Both the position numbers and the translations under genes were made by a program. Below the pieces are notes generated by a model that searched no databases, was not told the origin of the DNA, and was given only the letters and a program-made list of their open reading frames with translations. From Meiothermus sp. (lineage in GTDB: Bacteria > Deinococcota > Deinococci > Deinococcales > Thermaceae), in the NCBI GenBank assembly GCA_033762915.1, contig JANRLD010000022.1, positions 1 through 29,319 of the forward strand: DNA of 29,319 bases, written 5' to 3'. Shown piece after piece: positions 18,504-28,118 of this stretch; the first letter of the stretch is position 1, and each line of letters opens with the position of its first letter.

Positions 18504-19001
18504 TCAGCCCAGATTGACCGCAACCACCTTCCAGCGCCAGTCTTGCAGTTCCATCCGCAGACCGGCCCCGCCGCGCTGGGGGTTGTAGATGCGGAGCCCA
18601 GGCGGCCACTCGAGGCCCAGCCGCCACTGCCGCACCGCCTCTACACCCCCCTGCTGACCCTGATTGTTCAGGGCATCGGCCCCGAAGTCGGCCAGCCCTT
18701 CCGGGGTGACGACGCGGTTGACCACTTGGTTGATGATCCCCCCCGAGAGCATGGTGGCCAGCCGACCCAGCGAGTTCTGGTTGTTCGCGTCGAGCTGCTG
18801 GCGGACCTTCTCCCTGATCTGCGCGGTGAGGTCGGTGCGGACGCGTTCGAAGTCCACGTAGCGCTCGATGGCGGCCTTGTCTTTGCTCAAAATGGCTTGC
18901 TGCAATCCGCGAAGGGCCAGGAAGGGCGAGGCAACCGCCCAGCCCACGAGCAAGAGCAAACCCACCCAGACTACCCAACGAACCACTGAGCGCCGATTCA
19001 C
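18504..19001 (-). CDS. DUF2939-like protein
   Basis: N-terminal TM, then SPFLAL...YVDFERVR...VTPEGL. TGgTAGACT lies 6 nt before the GTG. Confidence 0.75.
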   Translation of the reverse strand: MNRRSVVRWVVWVGLLLLVGWAVASPFLALRGLQQAILSKDKAAIERYVDFERVRTDLTAQIREKVRQQLDANNQNSLGRLATMLSGGIINQVVNRVVTPEGLADFGADALNNQGQQGGVEAVRQWRLGLEWPPGLRIYNPQRGGAGLRMELQDWRWKVVAVNLG

Positions 19002-19125
19002 CCCTCGAGTCTACCAGCGGTGCGGCCGGTGGCAACAACCCTCAATCGGGGTTCACCGCGGCTTTGGCGCACACCGTGTGGCCGTGCAATCTGCGGAATA
19101 GCTTCGCACAGGGTCTCCCAGGCCC

Positions 19126-20043
19126 CTAACGCGCCTCGAGCCACCCGGCGATATCCTCAAGTCCCTCGCCCTGGTCCACCCGAAGCAAGCGCGGTGCGCC
19201 GGTCTCCTTGCGAAACCAGGTGTACTGGCGCTTGGCGTAGGCCCGCGTGGCCTGGTGTACCTCGAGCTGGGCTTGCTCGAGGCTGTATTCGCCCTCCAGA
19301 AAACGCACCACTTCCTTGTAGCCGATGCTTTGCAGGGCCGTGGTCATGCCGGGGAAGCGCACCCGTAGTCCGCGCACTTCCTCCACCAGTCCTGACTCAA
19401 ACATCTCCTGCGTCCGCCGCGACAGGCGGGGCTCGAGCCATTCAAACGGGGGCCATAGGATGAACTTTTTGTAGCGAAAGCGCGGCTCGAGCCTGGGGGC
19501 GTTGGCGGGCGGCGCCCCGGTTCGGCGCAGGATTTCAACGGCGCGTACGGCCCGTCGGGGGTTCTTCTGTACCCTCGCCGCGTCCTCGGGGCTGGCGGCC
19601 TCGAGTTCTTCGAGCAGCGGCCCGATCCCCTGGGCCTCCACCGCCTCCCAGAGTTCAGCCTGGAGCAAAGGGTCGGGCTCGGGCAGGTCGTAGAGCCCGT
19701 CCGAAAGGGCACGGATGTAGTACCCCGTACCGCCCACCACCAGCGGGAGGTTGCCGCGCTCGATCACGCCTTGGATCGCAGCCTCGGCATGGCGCAGGTA
19801 CTCGGCCACACTGAAGCCCTGGTCGGGCTCGAGCAGGTCAATCAGGTGGTGCCTCACCCGGGAGCGCTCCTCTGGGCTGGGCTTGGCCGTACCGATGTCC
19901 ATTCCCCGGTAGACCATGCTGGCGTCGGCGGAGACCACCTCGAGGCCAAACCGCTCCGCCAGACGCAGGGCCAGGGCAGTCTTTCCGGTGGCAGTCGCCC
20001 CGGCTAACACCGCTACGGTGGGGTAGTGGTCATCGTCAAACAT
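19126..20043 (-). CDS. miaA: tRNA dimethylallyltransferase
   Basis: [32 protein letters not shown] and YAKRQYTW. Start trimmed to MFDDD. Confidence 0.95.
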   Translation of the reverse strand: MFDDDHYPTVAVLAGATATGKTALALRLAERFGLEVVSADASMVYRGMDIGTAKPSPEERSRVRHHLIDLLEPDQGFSVAEYLRHAEAAIQGVIERGNLPLVVGGTGYYIRALSDGLYDLPEPDPLLQAELWEAVEAQGIGPLLEELEAASPEDAARVQKNPRRAVRAVEILRRTGAPPANAPRLEPRFRYKKFILWPPFEWLEPRLSRRTQEMFESGLVEEVRGLRVRFPGMTTALQSIGYKEVVRFLEGEYSLEQAQLEVHQATRAYAKRQYTWFRKETGAPRLLRVDQGEGLEDIAGWLEAR

Positions 20044-20081
20044 GGCACGAACACGCCGCCAAGACATGATATCCTCAGCCA

Positions 20082-20492
20082 ATGTCTATTGAACGCTACA
20101 ACGCGGTTGAGAAACTCCAGAACATCCGCCAACAGCTCGACGAGCTGACCCGCCGCTTCAGTTCCGGCACGGTCTTCGGCGAGTGGGTACCGGCGATGGA
20201 CGTATTGGACGAGGGCAGCCAGTACCGCATCGTGCTCGATGTGCCGGGGGTCAACAACGACGACCTCGAGCTTTCCGAGGACAGCAACACCGTCACCATT
20301 GCCGGTGTGCGCTACAGCCCCCAGGGCCAATACACCCGCCAGGAGCGAAGCGCGGGTCAGTTCACGCGGGCGGTCGAGTTTCCGGAGGCCATCGAGCCCG
20401 GAAGTGCCGAGGCCAGCCTGAAGGGCGGGGTGCTCGAGGTGGTAATCCAGAAAAAGGTGCAAAAGGGGAGAAGGCCGCGGGGTAAAAAGTAG
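20082..20492 (+). CDS. Hsp20/alpha-crystallin small heat shock protein
   Basis: [19 protein letters not shown] and [10 protein letters not shown]. TGaTATCCT lies 6 nt before the ATG. Confidence 0.9.
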   Translation: MSIERYNAVEKLQNIRQQLDELTRRFSSGTVFGEWVPAMDVLDEGSQYRIVLDVPGVNNDDLELSEDSNTVTIAGVRYSPQGQYTRQERSAGQFTRAVEFPEAIEPGSAEASLKGGVLEVVIQKKVQKGRRPRGKK

Positions 20493-20603
20493 CGAGTGGC
20501 GGCAGCTGGAGAGAGTACTCTGGAAACCAGCCTGGACCTGGCACCTCGGTCGGTGTCGTCCACGTGGTCGTTCAGGAGGCGGTAGTGCCGGCTCAACCTA
20601 TCG

Positions 20604-20824
20604 CAGAGCGGTTCCCACGAACACTCGGTACGGAGTTGCCATACCGAGTGAAATACTCCGTTGATTCTGTTGGCGAACTCCAAATCTGGGCGATAAAGCG
20701 AGGATTGAGATACCGATGAAGACACGACTTCTCGAGTTGCACCCCGACTTCGCCAACAGAATCTCCGTTTTAGCGCCCGCTTTAGCGCAGCACTGTGGGC
20801 GGAGTATTGGTGGGAAACTCGACA
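20604..20824. mobile_element. MITE-like structured repeat, copy B (interrupted)
   Basis: Homologous to 9623-9740 in the opposite orientation. Flanked by CA(G) direct repeats and interrupted at 20663-20763. Confidence 0.75.
20663..20763. mobile_element. 101-bp MITE with 15-bp perfect TIRs and 6-bp TSD
   Basis: GATTCTGTTGGCGAA (20663-20677) and TTCGCCAACAGAATC (20749-20763). TCCGTT is duplicated at 20657-20662 and 20764-20769. Confidence 0.85.
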
Positions 20825-20955
20825 GCGATGCTCTCAACAGCATTGCGAGGCCTTATGGGCTCTGGGCGCTTGGTGCAGCTCAGGGGCGGGTTGAGGGTAA
20901 ACCTGCTCGGCCCGCTCCGACACTGGGCCGAGGGCAACTTGGCTTTTGCCCAAGC

Positions 20956-22140
20956 CTAAGCCCGACTCGAGAACAGCGCCATGGGCTTAAAGTCCCCGCC
21001 CAGCACCTGCCTGGGGTCGGCCTGGATCCACTCGAGGCTGCTGGCGTAGACGTTGCGGAAGTCGGTCTTGTACTTAAGGGCGTTGCCGGTCAGGTCCTCG
21101 AGGTCGGGCTCGCCGCCCATCAGGCCGCCCTTCACGCCCGCCCCCATCACCATCATCAGCCCGCCCTCGCCGTGGTCGGTGCCGAAGGAGGCATTCTCTG
21201 CGACCTGCCGGCCGAACTCGCTAAAGACCATAATCATCACGTCCTGGTCACGCCCGATGGCCTTCATGTCCTGCCGAAAGGCGGCGATGGTTTGGGCCAG
21301 AAAGCCCAGCAACTCGGTCTGGCGCGGGGGCTGCCCGGCGTGGGTGTCCCAGCCGCCCAGGGTGGTGTAGTAGACGCTGCTGCCTAGCCCGCCCGCGATC
21401 ATCCGGGCCACGTCGGCCAGGCTGCGGCCGAAATTGTTGTCGGGGTACTGCACTTTGTTTTTCACGTCGCGCAGCTTGCCAATCTTGTCCAATGCGCCGC
21501 GCAGGTTGAGCATGGCCTGACGCACCGGCTCCACGTTCTCCCCCCTGACCCGCCCGATCTCCTGGTCGAACTGCTCCTCGAACTGCTTGGGCATGCGGAT
21601 GGTAAAGCCCTCGATGGAGCTGATGGCGGGTGCGGTGCGCCTGTCGCCCATCTGGGCAACCGGGGTCGAGCCGCCGATGAAGGTGTCGCAGAAGGGGTCG
21701 GCCTGGGTGTCGCCCCAGCGCCCCAGCCAGCCGTGCTCCTCGCGGTGGGTGGGGTCGGCGGTGTGCCAAATGGCGGTGGAGACGAAGTGGCTGCGGTTGG
21801 CCTCGGGGTAGCCCACCTGCGGGATCAGGGCCATCTCGCCCGCGTTCCACATCTGCATCAGGGGCCGCAACTCGGGGTGCAGGCCCAGCCTTTGGCCGTT
21901 GGCCCCGAGGTCGAGCACCTTGTCGCGCTCGAGGGCGATGTTGGGCCGCAGCCGGTAGTAAAGATCGTTGCGGTAGGGCACCAGCGTGTTGAGCTGGTCG
22001 TTGCCGCCGAACAGGTTGACCACCAGCAAAATCTTGTTCTTGGTCTGCGCCGCCAGCGCCGACTGCGACAGCAGCGAGGGCGCACCCGCCCCCAGCGCCA
22101 GGGTCAGCAGGGATTGTTTAATGAAGTCGCGTCTTTGCAT
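20956..22140 (-). CDS. DUF1501 family protein with Tat signal
   Basis: MQRRDFIK signal, then GGND.LN, NRSHF, GGWDTH, SEFGR, GTDHG and DFR.VY. Confidence 0.9.
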   Translation of the reverse strand: MQRRDFIKQSLLTLALGAGAPSLLSQSALAAQTKNKILLVVNLFGGNDQLNTLVPYRNDLYYRLRPNIALERDKVLDLGANGQRLGLHPELRPLMQMWNAGEMALIPQVGYPEANRSHFVSTAIWHTADPTHREEHGWLGRWGDTQADPFCDTFIGGSTPVAQMGDRRTAPAISSIEGFTIRMPKQFEEQFDQEIGRVRGENVEPVRQAMLNLRGALDKIGKLRDVKNKVQYPDNNFGRSLADVARMIAGGLGSSVYYTTLGGWDTHAGQPPRQTELLGFLAQTIAAFRQDMKAIGRDQDVMIMVFSEFGRQVAENASFGTDHGEGGLMMVMGAGVKGGLMGGEPDLEDLTGNALKYKTDFRNVYASSLEWIQADPRQVLGGDFKPMALFSSRA

Positions 22141-22149
22141 AGAAACCTC

Positions 22150-22220
22150 GTCGAAGGTCGAGAGTCTAGGGTCTGGGTTCGTCCGGCTTCTGGCCTTCGA
22201 CTTTCGGCCTTCGGCCCCGA
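22150..22220. repeat. Inverted arrays of GTC-heptamers
   Basis: GTCGAAG GTCGAGA GTCTAGG GTCTGGG followed by complementary-sense units (CCTTCGAC, CTTTCGGC, CCTTCGGC, CCCCGAC). Confidence 0.55.
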
Positions 22221-23426
22221 CTAAAGCAGTTGCGCTTCCGGCTTGACCAGCGCCAGGGGGCCGTTGCCGCCCTCCATGAATACCTCGAGGTCCAGCCCCC
22301 GCTCGCGCCCTGCCAGGGCTCCCGCGACGTTGAGTCGGGCCAGCAGGGGGGACTCGGCCAACCAGGACATGCCGCCGTCCCAGCCAGATACGTTGGGGGG
22401 GTCGAAGGGGAGCTGGCCCATCGCGGCCAATATGTTCAGGCTGAGGGGCTGGCGGTCCTCGCGGGTGGCGAACCGCACCTGCCGCTCGCCCGCCGCGTAA
22501 AGCAGACCCACCAGGTACTCCACCGGGCTCTTAATGATGCTCTGGCGGTTGCGCTGGCTGTAGAACTCGGGATGGGTGAAGAGCCAGCGCAGCATTTCGC
22601 GCGTGCCACCGTCACGGAACACCTTGGCGGCCTCGGCCACCATGGGCGCGGGGGGCTCGGGGTGAAGGTAGAACTTGAGCAGCTTTCGCCCCACGTACTC
22701 GTAGGTCCTGGGGTGGGCGATCAGGATTTCCAAAACCTCGTCGCCGGTCTTAACGGTACGGCCCAGGAAGCTCTTGTCGCCGGGGTCGTGCCAGTTGGGG
22801 CGAAAAAAGTACTCGAACGCGACCGTGGCCGCAGCGTCCCTGGGCTGCTGACCTCCGGAAAGGCGCACGCTCCAGCCGGTGAAGGCCCGGGCGGCCTGGC
22901 GGATATCGTCCTCGGAGTAGTTGCCTGCCCCGACCGTGTACAGTTCCATCAGCTCACGCGCCCAGTTCTCGTTGGGGTGCTCACGGCGGCTCTCGGCGTT
23001 GTTGAGGTACATCAGCATCACCGGGTCTTTGGCTATCGCCTTGAGCAGCTCGCCGTACTTGCCGTAGCCCAGCCGCCGGAACAGCGCGAACTGGTTCCAG
23101 AAGTCCACCCCCTGCGCCCGGTTGGTCTCGCGGAACTCCGAAGTGAGGTGGCCGCTCCAGAAAAGGGTTAGCCGCTCGGCCGCGGGTGTGGGGGTGGAGA
23201 GCCAGTGCGAGAGCCAGAGCTGGCTGATCTCGCGGTGCTGCCCCCCCCGCTCGTTGCGGGTCTGGGTGGTGGTGTAGGCGGGGGCCGGCGCGGGGTCGCG
23301 CAGCAGCGAGTCCACGGCGGCCTCGAGGCCCATCTCACTCAGCCTGCGGGCCTCCTCGCTGCGGCCCCTGGCGGTGGCGCGGCGCAGCAGGTGTCGGGCA
23401 TCGGTGTACAGCAAAGTTCGGGCCAT
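22221..23426 (-). CDS. DUF1800 family protein
   Basis: HLLRR, ERLTLFW, MLMYLNN, PNENWARELMELYTVG, ARAFTGW, KSPVE and PPNVSGW. RBS AAAGGAG. Confidence 0.9.
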   Translation of the reverse strand: MARTLLYTDARHLLRRATARGRSEEARRLSEMGLEAAVDSLLRDPAPAPAYTTTQTRNERGGQHREISQLWLSHWLSTPTPAAERLTLFWSGHLTSEFRETNRAQGVDFWNQFALFRRLGYGKYGELLKAIAKDPVMLMYLNNAESRREHPNENWARELMELYTVGAGNYSEDDIRQAARAFTGWSVRLSGGQQPRDAAATVAFEYFFRPNWHDPGDKSFLGRTVKTGDEVLEILIAHPRTYEYVGRKLLKFYLHPEPPAPMVAEAAKVFRDGGTREMLRWLFTHPEFYSQRNRQSIIKSPVEYLVGLLYAAGERQVRFATREDRQPLSLNILAAMGQLPFDPPNVSGWDGGMSWLAESPLLARLNVAGALAGRERGLDLEVFMEGGNGPLALVKPEAQLL

Positions 23427-23487
23427 GCAAAGCTCCTTTCTTAACGTTCAGTCTCGCGGCGTCTACTGAAATGATTATCGGCGGAAG

Positions 23488-23504
23488 CTTAAGTGGAACT
23501 TAAG
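23488..23504. promoter_or_regulatory. CTTAAG-N5-CTTAAG direct repeat, candidate OmpR-family site
   Basis: Perfect repeat with 11-bp period in the divergent DUF1800/PBP intergenic region. Confidence 0.45.
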
Positions 23505-23587
23505 GGCTGGGGCAGCTAACGTCGGCGGGAGCGGGGCCAAGTTCTGCTCTTAACAAACTCCCAAAACTGGCCTGATACACTGGTCCC

Positions 23588-25855
23588 GTGTGGCGTTTCT
23601 TCCAGATTCTCAGAGTACTGCTTAATACGCTGGTGTTCGCTGGGATCGTGGCGGGGTGCTATCTGGCCTGGCTGGTGTTGCGCGACCTGCCCTCCCTCGA
23701 GGCCCTCGACGAGGTGCGCTTCACCTCCACGAGCACCTTCTATACCCGCGACGGCACACCCATCGCCGACCTGGCCTCTGTCGAGGACGGTCGGGCCATC
23801 GCGCGGCAGCTGGTGCGGTTGAGCGAGGTCTCGCCCGCCGCCGTGGTGTCGGTGGTGGTCTCGGAGGACCAGCGCTTTTTCACCCACTACGGGGTGGACT
23901 TCATCCGGCTGGCGGGGGGGCTCTACTACACCCTTCAAGGCGACCTGCAGGGCGGCTCTTCCATCACCACCCAGGTGGTCAAGAACACCGTGCTGCGCGA
24001 GTCGGCCTTCGAGCGCAGCGGCTGGCAGGGGATCGAGCGCAAGCTTAAGGAGTTCCCGCTGGCCATCCAGCTCGAGCGGCGCTACTCTAAGGAAGAGATC
24101 CTCGAGATGTACCTCAACGTGGTGCCCTGGGGCGGCAACGCCCAGGGCATCTGGGCCGCTGCCCAAGCCTATTTCGATAAAGACCCCTCCGAACTCAACC
24201 TGGCTGAGGGGGCCTATATGGCCGTACTGATCCCCGGCCCCAACACCCGCTACCTCGACTACGCCTCGACCCGCCGCCGGATGCGTACCCTCTTGTCAAA
24301 TATGGTCGAGGCGGGCTGGATCTCCAAGGCCGACGCCGACGCGGCCTGGGCCTACAGGCTCCAGCCCAAGGGCTGGCAGATCGAGTACAAGCCCGACGGC
24401 ACCATCAAGACCGCCAAGCTGGTCAACCCGTCGGTGCGCATCGTCCCCGAGCGCAACGTTCAGCTCGCGCCCTACTTCGTCTACGAAGTGCAGCGCTACC
24501 TCAAGGAGAAGATCGGCAGCGACAAGCTGCGCGAGCAGGGCGGCCTGCGCATCATCACCACCCTCGACCTGCGCATGCAGACCGCCGCCGAACGGGCCGT
24601 TCAGGGCCGCCGGCTGCCCGACGGGGCGCAGCTGGCCATCGCGGCCCTCGAGCCCAACTCCGGCGAGGTGCTGGCCATGGTGGGCGCGCGCCCCGGAACC
24701 GACCCCAAGTCCGAGTTCAATCGGGCCACCCAGGCCGTGCGCTCCCCCGGCTCGGCCATCAAGCCCTTTACCTACGGGATTGCGCTCGAGGCGGGCTGGA
24801 CGCAGGCCACCACCGTGCGCGACTCCCCGGTCGAGTACATGACCCCACAGGGCCTGTGGCGACCCGGCAACTTCGACGACACCTTCCTCAACCGACCCGT
24901 CAGCTTGCGCTATGCGCTGGACCGCTCGCTCAACCTGACCGCCATCCGCACCGCCGAGGCCATTGGAATTCAAAAGCTGGGCGACAAGCTCAAGTCGGCC
25001 GGCTTCTGCATCGGCGGCTACGCCAACGGCAAGTGCCGCAACGCCCCCGCCACCCTGGCGGCCTCGATCGGCGGGGGGGCCGACATCACCCCCATGGGCC
25101 TGGCTGCTGCCTACGCCAGCTTTGTCAACGGTGGCTACTGGGTCGAGCCGCGCCTGGTGATGCGTGTCGAGGACGCCAACGGGCGCATCGTCTACCAGCC
25201 TGAGTCCAAGAAGACCCTGCTGTGGACGCCCCAGGTGGCCTACCAGATCTGGGACATGCTCAAGGGCTACGTCTACGACGTGCCCCCAGGCTTCCGCAGT
25301 TCCTTGGCCGCAGAGGCCAAGATTCCTGGACGGGTGGTCGGTGGTAAGACGGGAACCTCCAACCTGGCCAAAGACCTGTGGTTCGCGGGGGCCAGCAAGG
25401 GGCTGGTGGCGACGCTGTGGATCGGGCGCGACGACAACAAACCCCAGCGCCTGGGCGGTGTAGAGCCCAGCAGCTCGATGGTCAACCCCCCGATCTGGCG
25501 CGACTTTGTGGCGCAGGCTCTGCGCGGCCGCCCGGCGGGCGACTTTCCCGAGCCCTCCGGCCTGGTTTACTCCAACTTCGACCTGCTGACCGGCAACGAC
25601 AGCAGCGCGGGCATCACCGCTGTCTTCCCCAGCCGCCAGGTCCAGCGTGAGCAGGCCGCTGCTCAGGTGCAGGACGCGCCCCTGCAGCCCAGCCTGATTC
25701 CCCAGGTTGGGCAGGCCGTTGCCGACACCGCCAGCTATGTGACGGTGGGGATTGATCGGGCGACCGGCTGTATCGCCACCGAAGAGGCCCCCACCGAGCG
25801 CGTCACCTGGATTCAGGTGAGCGACGGCGAGGCCGACCGCTACCGCTGCCCCTGA
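23588..25855 (+). CDS. Class A penicillin-binding protein (transglycosylase-transpeptidase)
   Basis: TM anchor. TG motifs EDQRF, GGSSITTQ, RKLKE and KEEILEMYLN. TP motifs SAIK, SLN and KTG. Confidence 0.95.
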   Translation: MWRFFQILRVLLNTLVFAGIVAGCYLAWLVLRDLPSLEALDEVRFTSTSTFYTRDGTPIADLASVEDGRAIARQLVRLSEVSPAAVVSVVVSEDQRFFTHYGVDFIRLAGGLYYTLQGDLQGGSSITTQVVKNTVLRESAFERSGWQGIERKLKEFPLAIQLERRYSKEEILEMYLNVVPWGGNAQGIWAAAQAYFDKDPSELNLAEGAYMAVLIPGPNTRYLDYASTRRRMRTLLSNMVEAGWISKADADAAWAYRLQPKGWQIEYKPDGTIKTAKLVNPSVRIVPERNVQLAPYFVYEVQRYLKEKIGSDKLREQGGLRIITTLDLRMQTAAERAVQGRRLPDGAQLAIAALEPNSGEVLAMVGARPGTDPKSEFNRATQAVRSPGSAIKPFTYGIALEAGWTQATTVRDSPVEYMTPQGLWRPGNFDDTFLNRPVSLRYALDRSLNLTAIRTAEAIGIQKLGDKLKSAGFCIGGYANGKCRNAPATLAASIGGGADITPMGLAAAYASFVNGGYWVEPRLVMRVEDANGRIVYQPESKKTLLWTPQVAYQIWDMLKGYVYDVPPGFRSSLAAEAKIPGRVVGGKTGTSNLAKDLWFAGASKGLVATLWIGRDDNKPQRLGGVEPSSSMVNPPIWRDFVAQALRGRPAGDFPEPSGLVYSNFDLLTGNDSSAGITAVFPSRQVQREQAAAQVQDAPLQPSLIPQVGQAVADTASYVTVGIDRATGCIATEEAPTERVTWIQVSDGEADRYRCP

Positions 25856-25901
25856 GCCGGGACTTTTCTACTCCGCAGCCCCTGCCTATACTCGAGGGCA
25901 G

Positions 25902-26885
25902 ATGAAAAAGCCTGGAGCGCAGCGCAGTCTGAGCCTGGTTCCTGCCCCTTCCTCCGCCACGGCCGCGCCCGACCCGCAGGTCTCGGAGGAGGTCGCCCAC
26001 GGCCTACGCGAGGCCATGGGCGACCGGACTGTGCTGGCCCAGGTGCTCACCGCTGGAGAGCTGGCTGAGCTGCACTCCTCGAGGGAGTTCTTGCAACTGC
26101 TCAAAAGCAAGCAGATCGAGTTTGACAAGCTCAAATCGGCGCTGAAGTACGAGCACGAACTCGAGCGCCTCCAGATTGAGCTGGTCAAGCTTCAGCGCTG
26201 GGTGCAGGACAGAGGCAAGCGCATCGCGGTTCTTTTCGAGGGGCGGGATGCGGCCGGCAAGGGCGGCACCATCCGCCGCTTCACAGAGCACCTCAATCCC
26301 CGGGCCATGCGCGTGGTGGCACTGCCCAAGCCCACCGAGGAGGAGCGCGGCCAGTGGTACTTCCAGCGCTACATGCGCCAGCTCCCCAACCGCGGCGAGA
26401 TCGTCTTTTTCGACCGCAGCTGGTACAACCGCGCGGTGGTGGAGCCCGTCAACGGCTTCTGCACCCCGGAGGAGTACGAGAAGTTTATGCGCCAGGTGCC
26501 GGAGTTCGAGCACATGCTGGTCGAGGACGGCATCACCTTAATCAAGTTCTGGTTCTCCATTTCCAAGGAGGAGCAGTTGGCCCGCTTCAACTCCCGCCGC
26601 CACAACCCCCTCAAGCAGTGGAAGCTCAGCCCCCTTGACGACCGCGCCCAGGAGTTGTGGGACCAGTACACCCGCTATAAGGAAAAGATGTTCAGCCACA
26701 CCCACACCAGCTTCAGCCCCTGGGTCATCGTGAGGGCCAACAACAAGCGCAAGGCCAGGCTCGAGAGCATCCGCCACACCCTGTCGGTTCTGGAATACGA
26801 CGGCAAAGGCGAGACCGACCTTAACCTGTTCCCCGACCCCAACATCATCACCCGCTTTCACCGGGCGGCGATGAAGATTGATTGA
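25902..26885 (+). CDS. ppk2: Polyphosphate kinase 2
   Basis: FEGRDAAGKGG, WYFQRY, FDRSWYNRA and WKLSP. Confidence 0.95.
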   Translation: MKKPGAQRSLSLVPAPSSATAAPDPQVSEEVAHGLREAMGDRTVLAQVLTAGELAELHSSREFLQLLKSKQIEFDKLKSALKYEHELERLQIELVKLQRWVQDRGKRIAVLFEGRDAAGKGGTIRRFTEHLNPRAMRVVALPKPTEEERGQWYFQRYMRQLPNRGEIVFFDRSWYNRAVVEPVNGFCTPEEYEKFMRQVPEFEHMLVEDGITLIKFWFSISKEEQLARFNSRRHNPLKQWKLSPLDDRAQELWDQYTRYKEKMFSHTHTSFSPWVIVRANNKRKARLESIRHTLSVLEYDGKGETDLNLFPDPNIITRFHRAAMKID

Positions 26886-26908
26886 ATTTACAAGTTGGAT
26901 GATTTCTT

Positions 26909-27874
26909 ATGACTATGCTGATTGCAATGGCAAATGAAAAATATTGTTTACTACTTGCAGATCGCCGGATTACATCGGATGGCAAAGTTGTAAACGATGA
27001 CTACAACAAACTGTGTGTCTTTTTTTGTGATGATGCGAAACTGGCAGTGGCATTTACTGGTTTGGCCACCTTTTCTGGTTTCGACACTTCAGATTGGTTG
27101 GCGAAGACGCTGAGTTCTATCGTTGAAAAAAAGAGTCTATTAGCGGACATTCTGGCAGATTTCGTAGATAGAGCAAATGTGGAACTTGGAAATCTACCTG
27201 TTAAGGATATACGCTCGAGTTTTTTGATGACTGGTTTTTCATATTGGGGGGAAAAGCCAGAAGCAAAGGCATATACAATCAGCAACTTCACTCATGATGC
27301 CTCTGTAACAAGTACTTTTACACTCCGTTCCGTCAGCTTAAAGGACTTATCACTAGTAGAAGTTGCTGGAAACACTCAAGCGCTATCAGAAACAGCTATC
27401 AATACCATAAGATCGCTGCTTGAGAGACATCTCCCTCCGCCCGACATTTTGCGTTTTTCAGTCCACCATCTTCAAGCTGCTTCACGATCCCATAAATCAG
27501 GTGGACTGGTGGGAGAGCAGTGTAATAGTGTGATAATGCTTGCTCCAACCGATACCACAGTTACATGTACCTATCACACAATAAAACTCTCACGGAACGC
27601 TTATGGCCCAAACGTTGTACTTCCAGATGGTAAGTGTTTTCTAGGACCAGAAATCTTCTCTCAGAAGATACTTGCTGGCCCTGAGATTAGAAAGAAGGAT
27701 CCATGCTGGTGCGGCTCTGGACAAGAGTTTCGTCATTGCCACATGCGGAAATATGGCTCAATTTACATGCGTCAAAAGCCCTTCAGGCGCCCTCTGACTT
27801 GGTTTATAGAGGAGGAAACCGAAGTTGCCAGACCAAGCGGTAAACGGTTTACAGTCAATGGCGGCTTTAAATAG
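26909..27874 (+). CDS. Putative Ntn-hydrolase (proteasome beta/HslV-like) domain protein with SEC-C motif
   Basis: AT-rich 321 aa ORF. T1/D17/R19/K33 after Met removal. C-terminal DPCWCGSGQEFRHCH. Confidence 0.7.
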   Translation: MTMLIAMANEKYCLLLADRRITSDGKVVNDDYNKLCVFFCDDAKLAVAFTGLATFSGFDTSDWLAKTLSSIVEKKSLLADILADFVDRANVELGNLPVKDIRSSFLMTGFSYWGEKPEAKAYTISNFTHDASVTSTFTLRSVSLKDLSLVEVAGNTQALSETAINTIRSLLERHLPPPDILRFSVHHLQAASRSHKSGGLVGEQCNSVIMLAPTDTTVTCTYHTIKLSRNAYGPNVVLPDGKCFLGPEIFSQKILAGPEIRKKDPCWCGSGQEFRHCHMRKYGSIYMRQKPFRRPLTWFIEEETEVARPSGKRFTVNGGFK

Positions 27875-28118
27875 ATGCTCCGCATATTGCTTTCCAGCTA
27901 AAATTTGGATTCATCAGTGGACCAACTGAGTCTACCTCATTCCGCCTGCGTCTCCTACAGAGTCGCTAAGTTTGGTGGTGCGGTGTTGGAGGTGAGTAGC
28001 GATAGTCTGGTGCTCGAGGGTGCTGAACATTGGGGCTTGGCTCGAGTCACACAGTGCTGTGGGCTGCCCGACAACGCATGTGGGATAATCGGCTCGACCA
28101 CAGCCACGGAGGGTACTG

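Noticed and set aside
20716..21387. 223-aa ORF starting inside the MITE, considered as a transposase
   Set aside because: No DDE or HUH features. It runs out of the element and antisense into DUF1501.
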